Assembly (NCBI GenBank): GCA_964016885.1
Contig: OZ024742.1
Span: 122,388,001-122,452,000 of the forward strand
DNA length: 64,000 bases
Source: Eledone cirrhosa
Taxonomy: Eukaryota
Direction of reading: 5' to 3'
In this document: in pieces, positions 26,802 through 40,049 of the stretch
Layout of the letters: the number at the start of each line of letters is the position of its first letter
Position numbering within the stretch: the stretch's first letter is position 1
Program-made: the position numbers and the translations under genes
The notes under the pieces: generated by a model
What the model was told of the DNA's origin: nothing
The model's input: only the letters and a program-made list of their open reading frames with translations
Database searches by the model: none

Positions 26802-27883
26802 TCTTTTACGAAGAAGTGTGTTTCAGTTGTGCAAGCGGTTAGAATTCCACTGACAAGTTGTTTCAGGGAGCTCGAATATATAATAGTTTTTCTAGCTGAA
26901 TGAATTAGAGCAACAGGAAATAAAGTGTCAAGCGCAAGGACACGAAGAGTCCGTCTGGGAATTGAACATAAAACGCTATGTTTGTGAGCACAACATCCTA
27001 AATACAACTCTTTACACCAGCACACATACAAGCATGCATACATATATACATTTCTATATATATATATTCATATATATAGACATACATAAATAAAATAGTC
27101 TAGTGATAACGGGGCATTTAAACATATTAAAGGGAAAAAAACATTAGCATGGGCACACATATGGGCCGAGCCCATACCTTTTGTTTGCCGGACACGTACG
27201 CAACCATTACGTCAGTGTGTCTATAGATATATAAAACACTTGTATAAAATTGAGAAGTGGGTTTTGTAGACATGATGTCGGACGAAAAACAACATTTGAA
27301 AGGGTGAATGAAGTGAAAAGCACCGACTTCATCCAATAGTACGTTTATATATATATATACATATATATATAGGTGCAATATCATGTGCCGGTAAATTACC
27401 CTAATACATCGATGCAGCTGGAAGTGAAATGATAGGATATTTTAATAATTGTTCGCATGTCATGATTTCCGGCTGGTTTTTGCTTTTCTATAAAGGAAAT
27501 ATAATTTTCCATTGGCACAAGTCGCCTACGAAGTTCCGAGATTTTCTCCGAAAACATGTATACTTGTGATCAGGTAAATTCAAGCAATTGACTTTATTGC
27601 ACTAATTTTATTTTATCGGTGCACAGTGTTATATTTGAGAATGAATAGGTAGAATCGGGTTTATTCATTCGTAGAGAGAGAATTAACATATATGATGTGG
27701 GAGGATTTACTTCTGCTAGCACAAACTTAATTATATATGTACAGAAGTAGAAACGAAAAATAGCATGAACTACAGTTGTTTTTCGATACAAGTTGCTATT
27801 GATCTTATCAGAAATCTACCTAAAAACAATATAATTCTCTATAGGAATATAGAAATATATATATAGCCTTGATCTAAAGAAAT

Positions 27884-28282
27884 TTAGGGGTTAATTCTTG
27901 GCGAAAGTAAGTTAGCTTGACATCAATGCATATTATTTCGTAAGAGAAGATAGATTTTTATCCATTTCATGTGATATCGTTATTTTTGTTAAACATGCAA
28001 GAAGCCATGTTACGTAAGATCATTGGGTGTGAGAGAAACACTCCAAAAACAGGAGATAATTTTTCAGAACATCTGGTAACTTTATTAAGTTTAATGGTGG
28101 TTTTAATAATTGTTTCTACCTTTGGCAGAAGGCCAGCAATTTTCCCACTGGTACTTTATTTTATCGACCCCGCGAGGATGAAAGGCAAAGTTAACCTCAG
28201 CGGGATTTGAACTCAGACCATAGAGGGCTGTAACTCTTTGCTGCAAAGCCTGGCGTCCGACCCTCTACCGATACTGCCAATC
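27884..28282. repeat. About 400-bp local duplication, copy 1 (includes a minus-strand SINE at 28105-28282)
   Basis: Near-identical to 30724-31130. Confidence 0.93.
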
Positions 28283-29069
28283 AATAATGAGCAGAAAATA
28301 GAAGTTTGTTTGTAACACTTGTCATAGACCTGAATGTTATAAATATCCTATATCTCCCACAATAGTGTGTTATAATCCTTTAAATATATATTGAATGAGT
28401 GGCACTTAATGAAGGATAGGAATTGAGGAACTGTAGAAATGTATACAAGACAAACTTTGCCGTTTTTACTCATAGGTGATGGCACGACACGAGTTAGTCT
28501 TTTTATGTACGGTAATTTAGATTTGTTAGATTCACATGGAACACAATCGGGAGCTGAGTAAATCTTTGATGTTGCGATCCTTAAAGATGGGCTGTGAGTT
28601 GGATTATTTGTCGAGGTGTTAGATTTCATAATATTTTGTTAAATAATTATATTTATGATAATTATATTTATCTTATGACGAAAACATTACCAGTGGCAGT
28701 TGACAAATAGGGCAACATTCACACCAGCGCACATCGTTTAAATTGCCCACAAATGCTCACATCTTATTAGGCATTATTTAATAAAATTCAACTACCCATA
28801 AAGTGATATTTTGTACACTAAGTGCATGAATAATCTCATCATTTGAGTGAAGATCAACACGATGCATTATATATGGAAACATTAAGTTATGTGAATCAAT
28901 TATGATAAAGAGACCGTTTATATCAACGTTTTCCCTTAGAAATAACTTTTGTCACGGTGATCCAATATTAATGATAATTTGCATTGGCCAAATTCGTCTC
29001 TGAATAAGTTACGAAGTCCAATTGTTTACTTCTACTTAAGATATAAGCATTCATTACAGAATCCTAAAT

Positions 29070-29968
29070 GGAAAACATTCAATGGTGCTAAATCGAAAGC
29101 ATTCAATATATGAGTTGGACACCCGCAATGTTATATAATGTCACATCTCTTGTTTATTATTTTCGTGAACAAGATTGACATGCGTAGCCGCTTTGGAAGT
29201 GATAGTACAACTGGCAAGTGTAGAATCAATTGTCTGAAATTTGCAGATGACATGGCGTTACTTAACTCGACGGTGATCTTGAAATTGCATTTGATAGATT
29301 TGATGCTGAGTGCTGCATGGTTGCAATGAAAATCTCCTGCGAAAAGTGGGACACTCGTCCTCTCAAGGAAGCCTAGGCAGTGCACTCTACATGTGAACGC
29401 TGGCACACTGAAGCAGGTGGAGAAGTCCAAGTATCTCGGGGTCATGTTCAAGATTGATGGAAGCCAGGTAGCTAAATTAAATGCAAGAATTGCAGGAGCT
29501 GGTGCAGTAATGCACAACCTTCAGCATTCGGTAACCAGGAGAAGGGAGGTAAGTGTAAAAGCCAAACTCCCTATCTTCAATTCAATATTCCTGCCAACCT
29601 TCACCTATGGTCATGAATCTTGTGTAATGAACGAAAGAATACGATCGCGAATACAAGCGGCCAAAATGAGGTTCTTCACAATGGTTTTTGGAGTAACGTT
29701 ACTCAATAGGGTGCATAACTCGGAGATCAGCCGCTACTTCTCCGATTTGAGAGTTCACAGCTCCGATACAATGGTCACATGGTTAGAATGTCTTAGGAAA
29801 GAATTACTGGACTTCTTTCACGAGAAAACCAAGTGGCAGGAGATCCAGGGGCAAGATGGTTGTATAACATCCATGAGCTTGGTTGGTCTCACTTGGGGAT
29901 CCAGCCGCATCGGTTGGAGTTGTTTACTTCTGACAGGACCCCCTTTGAAGGAGTGTTTGAGGAGTCTC
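29070..29968 (+). mobile_element. 5'-truncated RTE-clade LINE
   Basis: MSHLLFIIF, LKFADDMALL, KYLGV, PTFTYGHES, RIQAAKMRFF. Ends in a (GAA)n tail. Confidence 0.88.
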
Positions 29969-30096
29969 AAGAAGAAGAAGAAGAAGAAGAAGAAGAAGAA
30001 GAAGAAGAAGAAGAAGAAGAAGAAGAAGAAGAAGAAGAAGAAGAAGAAGAAGAAGAAGAAGAAGAAGAAGAAGAAGAAGAAGAAGAAGAAGAAGAA

Positions 30097-30193
<97 letters not shown>
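29969..30193. repeat. (GAA)n then (AAT)n compound microsatellite
   Basis: About 130 bp of GAA followed by about 95 bp of AAT. Confidence 0.97.
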
Positions 30194-30195
<2 letters not shown>

Positions 30196-30723
30196 AATTA
30201 TTGGTTGCATTAGTGTTTCATTCTACTGTATATAATAGGAAATAACCAATGGATCTTTATGCAATAAATGACAGTTGAATTATTGGCAAAATAGATGAAA
30301 ACACAGACACACTGTCTGCTTGCAATATTTTTTCGATAGATTTATAGCATCTGAAACAATCATTATGAATTTAGATACAATATGAGAAAACATGATGTTT
30401 CTGCAGCACAACAGGCCGTTGTAGTAAGAATGCAATGAGGTGGATGGAAATTGAAAGGAAGACCGCGATATATAGATGTATATATATATATAATTTTCCT
30501 ATTACATCAAATCTACATTTTCCGCATAGACGTGTTTTCGCAAAATGTACTATTGATGTAATAAGAAAATTCATGTAATACTACTCGTCCCCCAGTCTGT
30601 GTGCTCTACCCAATTTGGATATTTATTACCAAATTGAACTGCACTATCTCTCTCTCTCTTTCTCTATTATATATATAAAATTGTTTCTACTTTTGGCACA
30701 AGGCCAGTAATTATCCCAGTGTA

Positions 30724-31133
30724 TTAGGGGTTAATTCTTGGCGAAAGTAAGTTAGCTTGACATCAATGCATATTATTTCGTAAGAGAAGATAGATTTTTA
30801 TCCATTTCATGTGATATCGTTATTTCTGTTAAACATGCAAGAAGCCATGTTACGTAAGATCATTGGGTGTGAGAGAAACACTCCAAAAACAGGAGATAAT
30901 GTTTCAGAACATCTGGTAATTTTATTAAGTTTAATGGTGGTTTTAATAATTGTTTCTACCTTTGGCACAAGGCCAGCAATTTTCCCAGTGTATTACTGGT
31001 ACTTTATTTTATCGACCCCGTAAGGATGAAAGGCAAAGTTAACCTCAGCGGGATTTGAACTCAGACCATAGAGGGCCGTAACTCTTTGCTGCAAAGCCTG
31101 GCGTCCGACCCTCTACCGATACTGCCAATCCAC
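30724..31133. repeat. About 400-bp local duplication, copy 2 (includes a minus-strand SINE at 30945-31133)
   Basis: Near-identical to 27884-28282 and preceded by a truncated SINE end at 30679-30724. Confidence 0.93.
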
Positions 31134-31377
31134 GAATAAACGAAAGATAGTTACTTTAGATCATTTCTATTTTATTATACATATTTTGAAGATGCAAAGC
31201 TTATGCATTACATAATCCAAAATATGTTCTCGTCAGACAAACTACATAGGAGATGCAGGGTTCTTTTGATATACTGGCGGTAAAATGAGCTGGACAGATC
31301 AGTGACAACCAAGCATATGATTAGAAAAAAAATATGTATGTATGTATGTATGTAAGTATCTATGTATGTATATTATA

Positions 31378-31992
31378 TCGGGTCACTCTTGAGTGCTACT
31401 AGTAACATGTAACCCAGTATAGCCCGTAGCATGGTCGGGTCGTCGCCGACTAAACCGGCAACCGCACCAAGTTGACTTGATGGGGAGGGTTATTTTGGAC
31501 ACCCTGCGTGAAAAAAAACAAAACCTGTCAAAGGGCGAAGAACTCATAAGAGTCAATGGTCATCCCAAAATGTGTAAAAGTGTAATTTACACATGTACAT
31601 ATGTATGTATATGTATATGCATGTGTTCATGTATATGCATATGCGCGGTGACATAGACATAGTCGACCTGGATACCCGATTGCGTGGTTACACCACTGGG
31701 AATGAAGGACCGCCAGCCTTTGTCAGGGCATTCTTCTAGGAGAAGGCAACCCAGGAAACTTGGATAACTCCCACATAAAACCTATGACTCAGTAGTTACC
31801 GATGATGTTGATGTTTTCTTCTTTTCGGTTGATAGCTACTGTCATTTAGAGAGTGGGATTGGCTCAGTGCATCCTCTTTACTCACTTTAAAATAATGTTC
31901 ACGCACAGGCAGTGCACGATAGAATTAATTAATCATTATTAATAATGGTATATCGTGCAATGGCCATACTCGATAACGAGGGGCCAGCCATC
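31378..31992 (+). mobile_element. Unclassified GC-richer interspersed repeat flanked by (TATG)n
   Basis: Composition shift bounded by tatg repeats. The segment gggcattcttctaggagaaggcaac resembles RTE 5' UTRs. Confidence 0.35.
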
Positions 31993-32485
31993 ATGTATGT
32001 ATGCATTTATGTATCTATAACTATATATAGCAGTTGAATTTCGTAAGAATTATCCAAAGTTGGTAGAGTTATCAATCCAAGGGACGAGTGTGTTCCTCTG
32101 TGTGTCCATGTGTATGTATCTCAGCATGACCGCAGTTTAATGACTGAAACAAGGAACATCATTTTGAATAGGAGAAAGTTGTGGTATACCTGATTTACGT
32201 TTATTTAATTTAAGGTTTAGATCAGTTTCACCACTTGTTTTTGTGCTGCTGTTGTTCCACTTACCCTCCTCTAAAGTACAGGGTCTCCGACCTCTCGACC
32301 ATAAAGCAAATTGTACTGACTGACATGACACCAGTAGCAGACAGACGCCTGACCACTCACATATGTTATGATAATTTCTAAATATTATACTCTTCAGGAC
32401 TAGTTATTTGTTATTTTTATTTATCTATGTTGACCAGAGGGATGCGCTACAAAGATTTCTTATATGTTTATTTTAATTCATTATT

Positions 32486-32670
32486 GATTGGCAGTATCGG
32501 TAGAGGGTCGGACGCCATGCTTTGTAGCAAAGAGTTACGGCCCTTTATGGTCTGAGTTCAAATCCCGCCGAGGTTAACTTTGCCTTTCATCCTTACGGGG
32601 TCGATAAAATAAAGTACCAGTAATACACTAAGATAATTGCTGGCCTTGCGTCAAAAGTAGAAACAATTAT
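32486..32670 (+). mobile_element. SINE family 1, full length
   Basis: A box, B box, body and tail present. Confidence 0.9.
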
Positions 32671-34099
32671 ATGTTGGTATATGTTTTCTTATTGTTACAG
32701 TGCTATCTTGGTTGTGATTTGAGTGGTTCTTTGTTTTCTATCTCTTGTCAAAAAATGTCTGTTAACTTAAAAGATTGTCATCAAGATGTGTCCTGAAATT
32801 ACAAATAATTTTTAAGTTGAATATATACAACAGTCAACGCTGCCGGATTAACTTCAGATAGAAATATGTGTGTTGTGTGATGGTTGCGATGAAACAGATT
32901 TGTTTACAACTTTTATCTTTTCCTTAAATGACAGATTTCTGCTAGATGAGGGTGTCCACAGAACGTCTACTGACATTCCAGGAGATGGAATGGCAATTTA
33001 GTGATATTAATTTTCGACCACGACCTATGGCTGTTCTCGAAGCCACTTAACCATAGATTGGTTAACGATCATGTGGATATTTTGCTAGTATTTCTTTAAT
33101 CCCGCAGTATAGTAGAGAAGTATTTTCCAAGCACTTGTGATTGCGCTGGAATTAAACGTGATTTGAATGCAAAGCACAAAAGGAATGAATTGAATAGTTA
33201 TGCCATTCTAAATAGCTTACAGAATTTGACTCCTGCTTGTGTCGGTTTGACAGTTGATATCAGTATTGGTTTTGTCGTAATTTGTGCCAGGCATGATCGT
33301 CAAAGCGAATTCCTACATGGTGAAAAGTATTTTATATATTCTAGTGTGAATACAGCTAAATTGCTCGATAAACATGTACATACAAAACATCTGTTATTGA
33401 GCTATATTAAGACAGTTGTGTGTATGGATATGTGGATTTCGTATACACGACCTTGTCAATAAAGCAACACCTCTTTAAAATTCGGTATGAGCCTGTTTGA
33501 GATAACTTTATCAGATTATGGAGTTCATATAGTTGTGAGTCAATGCCGCGCATAAGTATCTATTAATGTTTCTCATTAGACATTCTGTAGCGGTGATATT
33601 TCCCTGTCTTGAGCATGATATTTCAAGAATCAAATTGGTATAATTTGAAGGCTCTCGTTATACTTAGCAGAACTATTTGAATAAGACATCTATTAGATTT
33701 CATGAACCTATTTAGGCCGTCGTCTCATTATAGTTTTGATAATTTGGGTCAGTAAATTCTGTCCACTATACAGTACATATAAGCTGAAGTCATCCGTAAC
33801 CTAACATCTGTCATGGTAGCTTGAATTCAATAATTTTGTGATACTACTGGTTCAGGAAAATATGTTGCCTTTGAAGTTTTATACACTCTACCGGGCGCCA
33901 AACCAGCAACTGCAGCTCCACCCTCAATTGTCATTTTATAGTCGTATTTGACATATATGATCCTAAATTGAGACATGTGCTAGACACCTTATCGTATGAT
34001 ATATGTTTCTACCACTTTCAACAAATCATGACTAATTTTTTCTACCACCCTGTTCATATCATCTTCTCCTCCTCACCTCCCCTCCCCATCAATCTTCGT

Positions 34100-34475
34100 A
34101 TTATTATTTTTCTTTTTCTTCGCCCGCTTATTCTTGACAGGTTCGTGGGAGCAGAGTCTTCAAAATCTCCTTCCAGTGGGTCCAGTAAGAAACAACCGTT
34201 TCCAACTTATACGGCTGCCCCCTGCCGCATGTGAGACAAACCAAGGTGATGCATGTTATCCAACCATCTTGCTTAGGGTCTAAACCTGGGTTTAGACACT
34301 TTCCTGAGGTATTCGAAGCACATGACCATAGAAACGGCGCTGTGATTTTTCAATTCGAAGACGTAGCACCTCTACCTGGAGTAAATCTCTGATCACCGAG
34401 CTACGCACTCTATCCTGTAACGTTACTCCAAAAGCTCTCCGGAGGAACCCCATTTCGGCCGCTTGTATCAGGATA
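34100..34475 (-). mobile_element. RTE-clade LINE 3' fragment
   Basis: IQAAEMGFLRRAFGVTLQDRVRSSVIR...RFYGHVLR, related to 29070-29968. Confidence 0.85.
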
Positions 34476-34831
34476 CCTGGTTCAGTATTAATTACATCCA
34501 ACACTGTAGTGACTTCATCCGAGTCCCTAATGCGATTCAGTCCATAACATACTCTAGAACAACTCGAGGTGATTAGAATCGATTTAAATAGATAAAAAAT
34601 CTTCGATAAATGTCTGGGACCCCTGGAAGCTACACAGCAAATTGCATAATGCACATGTAATATATATATATATATATATTGTTATATTTTGGGAGGGTCA
34701 TGTTGCCAATAAGAAAGACACGCACCAGTTGCTTTCACTTCAATTTATTATAAATTAAATTTATAAATTTAAGAATTTATAAATTTCCGGTTGGTTGGTT
34801 GGTTCCACAACCAGACGATGGTTCATATATT

Positions 34832-34874
34832 GTCAAAGTTCTTTCGTCAACAATTCTGTGACCTCTTCAGTGAC
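34832..34874 (-). ncRNA. Minimal type I hammerhead motif
   Basis: Minus strand: gtca-CTGAAGA-g-gtca(cagaattgt)tgac-GAAA-gaac-TT-tgac. Stem I gtca/tgac and stem II gtca/tgac. Confidence 0.68.
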
Positions 34875-36794
34875 TGTGGATTATTTTCTTTGTTTTTGTG
34901 CCTCTCTTTTGTTCTATCCTACGCCATCTTGTTTTTGTGTGTGTTGTGTGGTTAGTTTGCGCATGTATTACATCCGGGTGTCTGTGTGTGTTTATATTTG
35001 TTTATTTATTTGTTTATTTACAGGTTACTGGTTGGTTGTATGTTCTATGTGTGTGTGTTTTCAGTTTGTCCTTAGTTGTAAGTTGTGATGTTGCTGTTCT
35101 ATTCATGTTTTCTATTTAATTTTGGTTGGAGTTCATTTATGTTTATTGCCTCTGTGATTTGTCTAAACATTGCGTCTTTTCTGTGTGTAGATTCTATTTT
35201 TATTTCTATGTTCTCTAATTTACCCTTATAATTTACCAGTATAAAATGTACCCTTATAATTTACCAGTATAAAATTAACCCTTAAGGAACATATATTCAA
35301 ATTTAATGGAAAAACATATGCCCAAGAGGAGGGAGAAGCCATTGATGTTAGCATTGCAGGTGACATAGCTAACCTATTCAAGATATGGTGGGACAATAGA
35401 CTGAAACTTAAACTTAAAGAAGAATTAGAAGACAGCAACCTCTTAACCCTGATAATGTACTCGCGCTACGTTGATGATATAAACATCGTAGTAAAAACAC
35501 CCCCACTAGAGAACAGTCAGGAATTAAAGAAAAAGACCATGGAAAGCATCCAGCAAATAGCTAACTCCATCAACCAGAGTATTAGAGTTACTATAGACTC
35601 CCCAAGCAAACATCCCAACCATCGATTACCTGTACTAAACACAGAGCTCTGGTTAGAAACCATTAATAACAAATAACAAATACTCCATTCTCATTATGCC
35701 AAACCCATGACTTCCAAATATCTGATCCACCGAAACTCAGCTGTTTTGGACCACACCAAAATCAACATACTGATTGCGGATTTGGTACGGGTGATGAGAA
35801 AAGTGTCCCGCATGTGCAACCCCAAAGAACTAGAGAAACACATACAACACTTCATCCATCGTATGCAGTTCTCTGGTTATAATCAAAGAAATTAAATCAG
35901 AGTATATAGAGGAGCCAGAACCAAATGTGAAAAAATGGTAAGTAATGATACAAATGGGACCTGCCCATTGTATAGGACCAAATTATAGAATAGAATAGAA
36001 ATAACTAGGAATAAAGTTAATAGAATAAACTCATGGTATGATAGCAATAAATACCAGAGTGTTCATCAATACAAACCCTAGAGGTGAATTAGCTTACAAA
36101 TTTAGAAGGGCCCTAGATAAACATAAACTCAATATTAAGATAGTAGAAAGACCAGGTACCTCCATAAAAACACTTATTAGCAATACATACCATTTTCAAA
36201 GACCTCCCTGTATAGATAAGAAATGTATAATCTGTAAACTAAGCCTCCCATATTAACTGTAAAACTAGAAATGTAGTATATAGCATAAGATGTACTGAAG
36301 GACAATGTAAAGATAAGAATATAGTGTACATTAGTGAGACAGCTCGTAGTATAGGAGAACGGATAGATGAACACTGGCGAGACCTTCAAGATAGTAAAGA
36401 ATCATCTGTACTCCACCAAAAATGCTAAAATAGAACATAAGGGTAAATTAGAGAACATAGAAATAAAAATAGAATCTACACACAGAAAAGACGCAATGTT
36501 TAGACAAATCACAGAGGCAATAAACATAAATGAACTCCAACCAAAATTAAATAGAAAACATGAATGGAATAGCAACATCACAACTTACAATTAAGAACAA
36601 AATGGAAACACACACATACATAGAACAAACAACCAACCAGTAACCTGTAAATAAACAAATAAATAAACAAATTTAAACACACACAGACACCCGGGTGTAA
36701 CACATGCGCAAACTAATCACACAACACACACAAAAGAAAAGATGGCGTAGGACAGAACAAAGGAGAGGCAGAAAAAGAAAGAAAATAATCCCCA

Positions 36795-36837
36795 GTCACT
36801 GAAGAGGTCACATAATGTGAGACGAAAGAACTTTGAC
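36795..36837 (+). ncRNA. Minimal type I hammerhead motif
   Basis: gtca-CTGAAGA-ggtcacataatgtgagac-GAAA-gaac-TT-tgac in the PLE 3' UTR. Confidence 0.65.
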
Positions 36838-37150
36838 AATATATTAACAATCGTCTGGTTGAGAAACCAACCAACCAACCGGCAATTTATAAATTCTTAA
36901 ATTTATAAATTTGATTTATAATACATTGGAGTGAAAGCAACTGGTGCGTGTGTTTTTTATTGGCAACATGACCCTCCCAAAGTATAACAATATAGGTTTC
37001 AACACACGTTTTCAGATAAAGAATCTTGCTAAATAAATTCAGAAACGAAATATATATATATATATATATATATGGATATATGGATATGTCCCAAGGCTCT
37101 GATACTATCGGCACAATAAACAGAGAGCTAGCATATCTAAGAACTGACTA

Positions 37151-37206
37151 ACTCCCTGATGAGGTCATAGTCATTCAATGTCTATCATCGAAATATATAT
37201 AGCAGT
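37151..37206 (+). ncRNA. Minimal type I hammerhead motif in a solo cassette
   Basis: actcc-CTGATGA-ggtcatagtcatt(c)aatgtctatcatc-GAAA-tatata-TA-gcagt. Long stem II, palindromic stem III, one mismatch in stem I, and AATAAA at 37208. Confidence 0.65.
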
Positions 37207-37247
37207 AAATAAAGGATTATCAGTTCATGCAATTGACTTGTGTTTCG

Positions 37248-37309
<62 letters not shown>

Positions 37310-37311
<2 letters not shown>

Positions 37312-38224
37312 ACAGATTAATGTTTAAGCAAAGAATCGATGCTTTCACCCTTAACGGGATCTTCTGAAACTAAAAAAGTCAATCTGTGAACGCAGAAGTA
37401 AATATTTCAACAAACGTTGCAACCGAAGGAAGACAGGAAGTCGATACTTTAGTTCGTGGAAACGTTCCCTGGCAAAGAACGAAAAAAAAACGAAGATAAT
37501 ACGTCATTATTTGGTCCCGTGAAAACAATTACACACAAAGAGAAAACCACGTAAATGGTATAACTGAAGTCGTAGACTAAAATTCTATTTTGGAAACCGA
37601 ATGATTTTCGGCTTCAGAGTTAAGAATAAAGTAAATAAAATACAGAGGTAATTGAAATTAAATATATACATACACGCATCCATATACGTACATACACAAG
37701 CATACGCGAAAACACTCGCCATAGGTATGTAAATACAAGCACGTACACAAAAAACACACACGCACGCGACGCCTGTACCCGCACACACACGAACGTATAC
37801 ACCAAATACACATAAAAATATATAAAAAAAAATATATATATATATATATGTGTGTGTGTGCATATATACATAATTAAATAAACGTATATAAATATACACA
37901 CATAAATACATATATAACGCGCGTACACACATACCTACATGTAAATACACATATGCTGTCGGATCACGTCAACCAAAACACAAAGTACACATCTACACGC
38001 GCCCTACATACGTACGAACCCGCATACTCACAAACACGCAAAATTCACTTATACACATAACCAAATGCACATGTACCAGTATATATAATATATACGCCAT
38101 AACATATACAAGCAACGTTTTTTGAAATATTTACTTCTGCGTTCACAGATTGACTTTTTATAGTTTCAGAAGATCCCATTAAGGGTGAAAGCAGCGATTC
38201 TTTGCTTAAACTTTAATCTGTTAT
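37310..38224. mobile_element. Non-coding element with about 110-bp inverted terminal arms
   Basis: 37310-37420 is the reverse complement of 38112-38224 with a few mismatches. The interior is low complexity. Confidence 0.8.
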
Positions 38225-39732
38225 TTTAATAAATATTTGCTCTACGGTTCTCATATATCTGATATATATTTATCCTTATCGAGCCCTCTTTTGATTTTAG
38301 TCTTCACAATTATTATTATTACTATATATATATATATATATATATATTGATTGTCTGCGTTATTGGAACTGAGAAGACCACGGATCAAAGAAGTACTCGA
38401 TACATAGTTAGATGCAGTGCTGGTATATTAGTGGAATTTGATGATGTGTATATTCACACTGGCCTAGAATATATTTAATAGAAGTACCAAATAATGTTAG
38501 TTAGAGTAGAATTATATTTTGAGAATGTAGCGTTCACATTCGTTACCTGCGGTCTTTTGTTGAGTGATGCTCGAATACTGTTGAAAAAAACTTCGTGAGA
38601 AGTAGAGGTTTCCTATATGGGCTTATGCAACTTACAAAGAAAATTGAAAAATACATATATAGAAAATGTATCTAAAAATTTCTTTGTAAAACGGTGTGTG
38701 AGTTGATATTCATAGAAATGTTTCGATCGCATCATACAAGTAAATTGCTTACGGGTTATAAAACAATTATGGTGACGTCAGAAGTGTTTTCAGATATGGT
38801 ATTTGATTGACATGTTCTCTGTTTGAATGATTTACTTGAAAGATTGTTGATAACTTAATTATTATTATTTTTTTTTGGCAGATGGTTTTAATTATGACGT
38901 TAAGTTTTCCAGCGATATGACGGGAATATTGCTTTTGTTTTGAATTTCGAACTGCCAGTTGTCTGTCACCTGAGTGTTGTCACACGCGTTCTTTCTGTTT
39001 GTCCATACTCTGTGGGTGAATTTCTGCCATATCAAGAGACGTATATATGCACTTTTTAACATACATCAATATAGGTACACATATAATGGCATCCACGTAA
39101 ACATATCACACACACTCACACACACACGCGCATACACACACACCTACACACATATACACTTATACACACACACATGCGCGCGCATAAAGTGAAATTCCTC
39201 ACGTAACAATGGTATCCTTCTCGTAAACTCGTCTATCTTTCAACATTTTCTATCTTTCACTTTATCTTTTCATGAAAGACTATAATCTGAAACGTGAAGA
39301 TAATTTTCCTAAATTATCAAGCGTTAAAGTATTATATATCATCATTGTACCTTGATCTCTCTAGAAACCTTATCTTCCACGTGTTCTATAAGCAAGGGTG
39401 AATTTGCAACAATTTAAACATCAACAACTACAGAGGTCATCGGCCCATCTTCATTCGGACCTTGGAAATAATAATGAAAAAAAATAATACACTACACACC
39501 ATAACTTCAATCGCTATAACACCACTTCTACCACGCCCTCTCAACCAGCCACCACCTTAACCACTACCACCACAACCACAACTACACCACCACCACAAAA
39601 CTACGTCGAGTGCATCAAGCTCATCGGCTAATTCTTTCAGTCGTTACTAAAAAAAAAAAAATGGACATGAAAATCACTAATTGAAAATGAATGAAAAATA
39701 CATTTTAATACTGTTTAATAGACACGCAGACA

Positions 39733-39736
39733 AACA

Positions 39737-39780
<44 letters not shown>

Positions 39781-39817
39781 CACACACACACACACAACCA
39801 CACACACACACACACAA
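39733..39817. repeat. (CA)n microsatellite
   Basis: Seen directly. Confidence 0.9.
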
Positions 39818-40049
39818 ACCAGAGAAAGACCAATGATAAAGCGAATGTATAATTGGAAGTGAAGTACAAAACATAAAATCTGAAGTGAGGTTGAAGGGGA
39901 TAAAAACATTGATCCATATGCATTTAAGTTTGTATGTCTATCTATCTATCCCCCCTCTCTACACACACCCACACATAGACAGATATATATAAATGTGTGT
40001 TTTGCAAGATGATAGCTAGTGTGAAATCGTGTGTGAAAACAGATATTAT

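Larger units (their letters stand above)
34675..37050 (+). mobile_element. Penelope-like element (Naiad-like), 5'-truncated, with an inverted terminal arm
   Basis: RT: FNGKTYAQEEGEAI....GDIANLF..WWD, RYVDDI, PSKHPNHRLPVL, HYAKPM, RMQFSGY. GIY-YIG region: C.DKKCIIC...NCKTRNVVYSIRC...YISETARSIGER..EH. 34675-35229 is the reverse complement of 36437-36995. (TA)n lies on both flanks. Confidence 0.9.

Noticed and set aside
32700-33950. Possible degraded LINE endonuclease on the minus strand, with similar faint RT traces near 1-560 and 49800-50450
   Set aside because: Too decayed to assign or delimit by eye.
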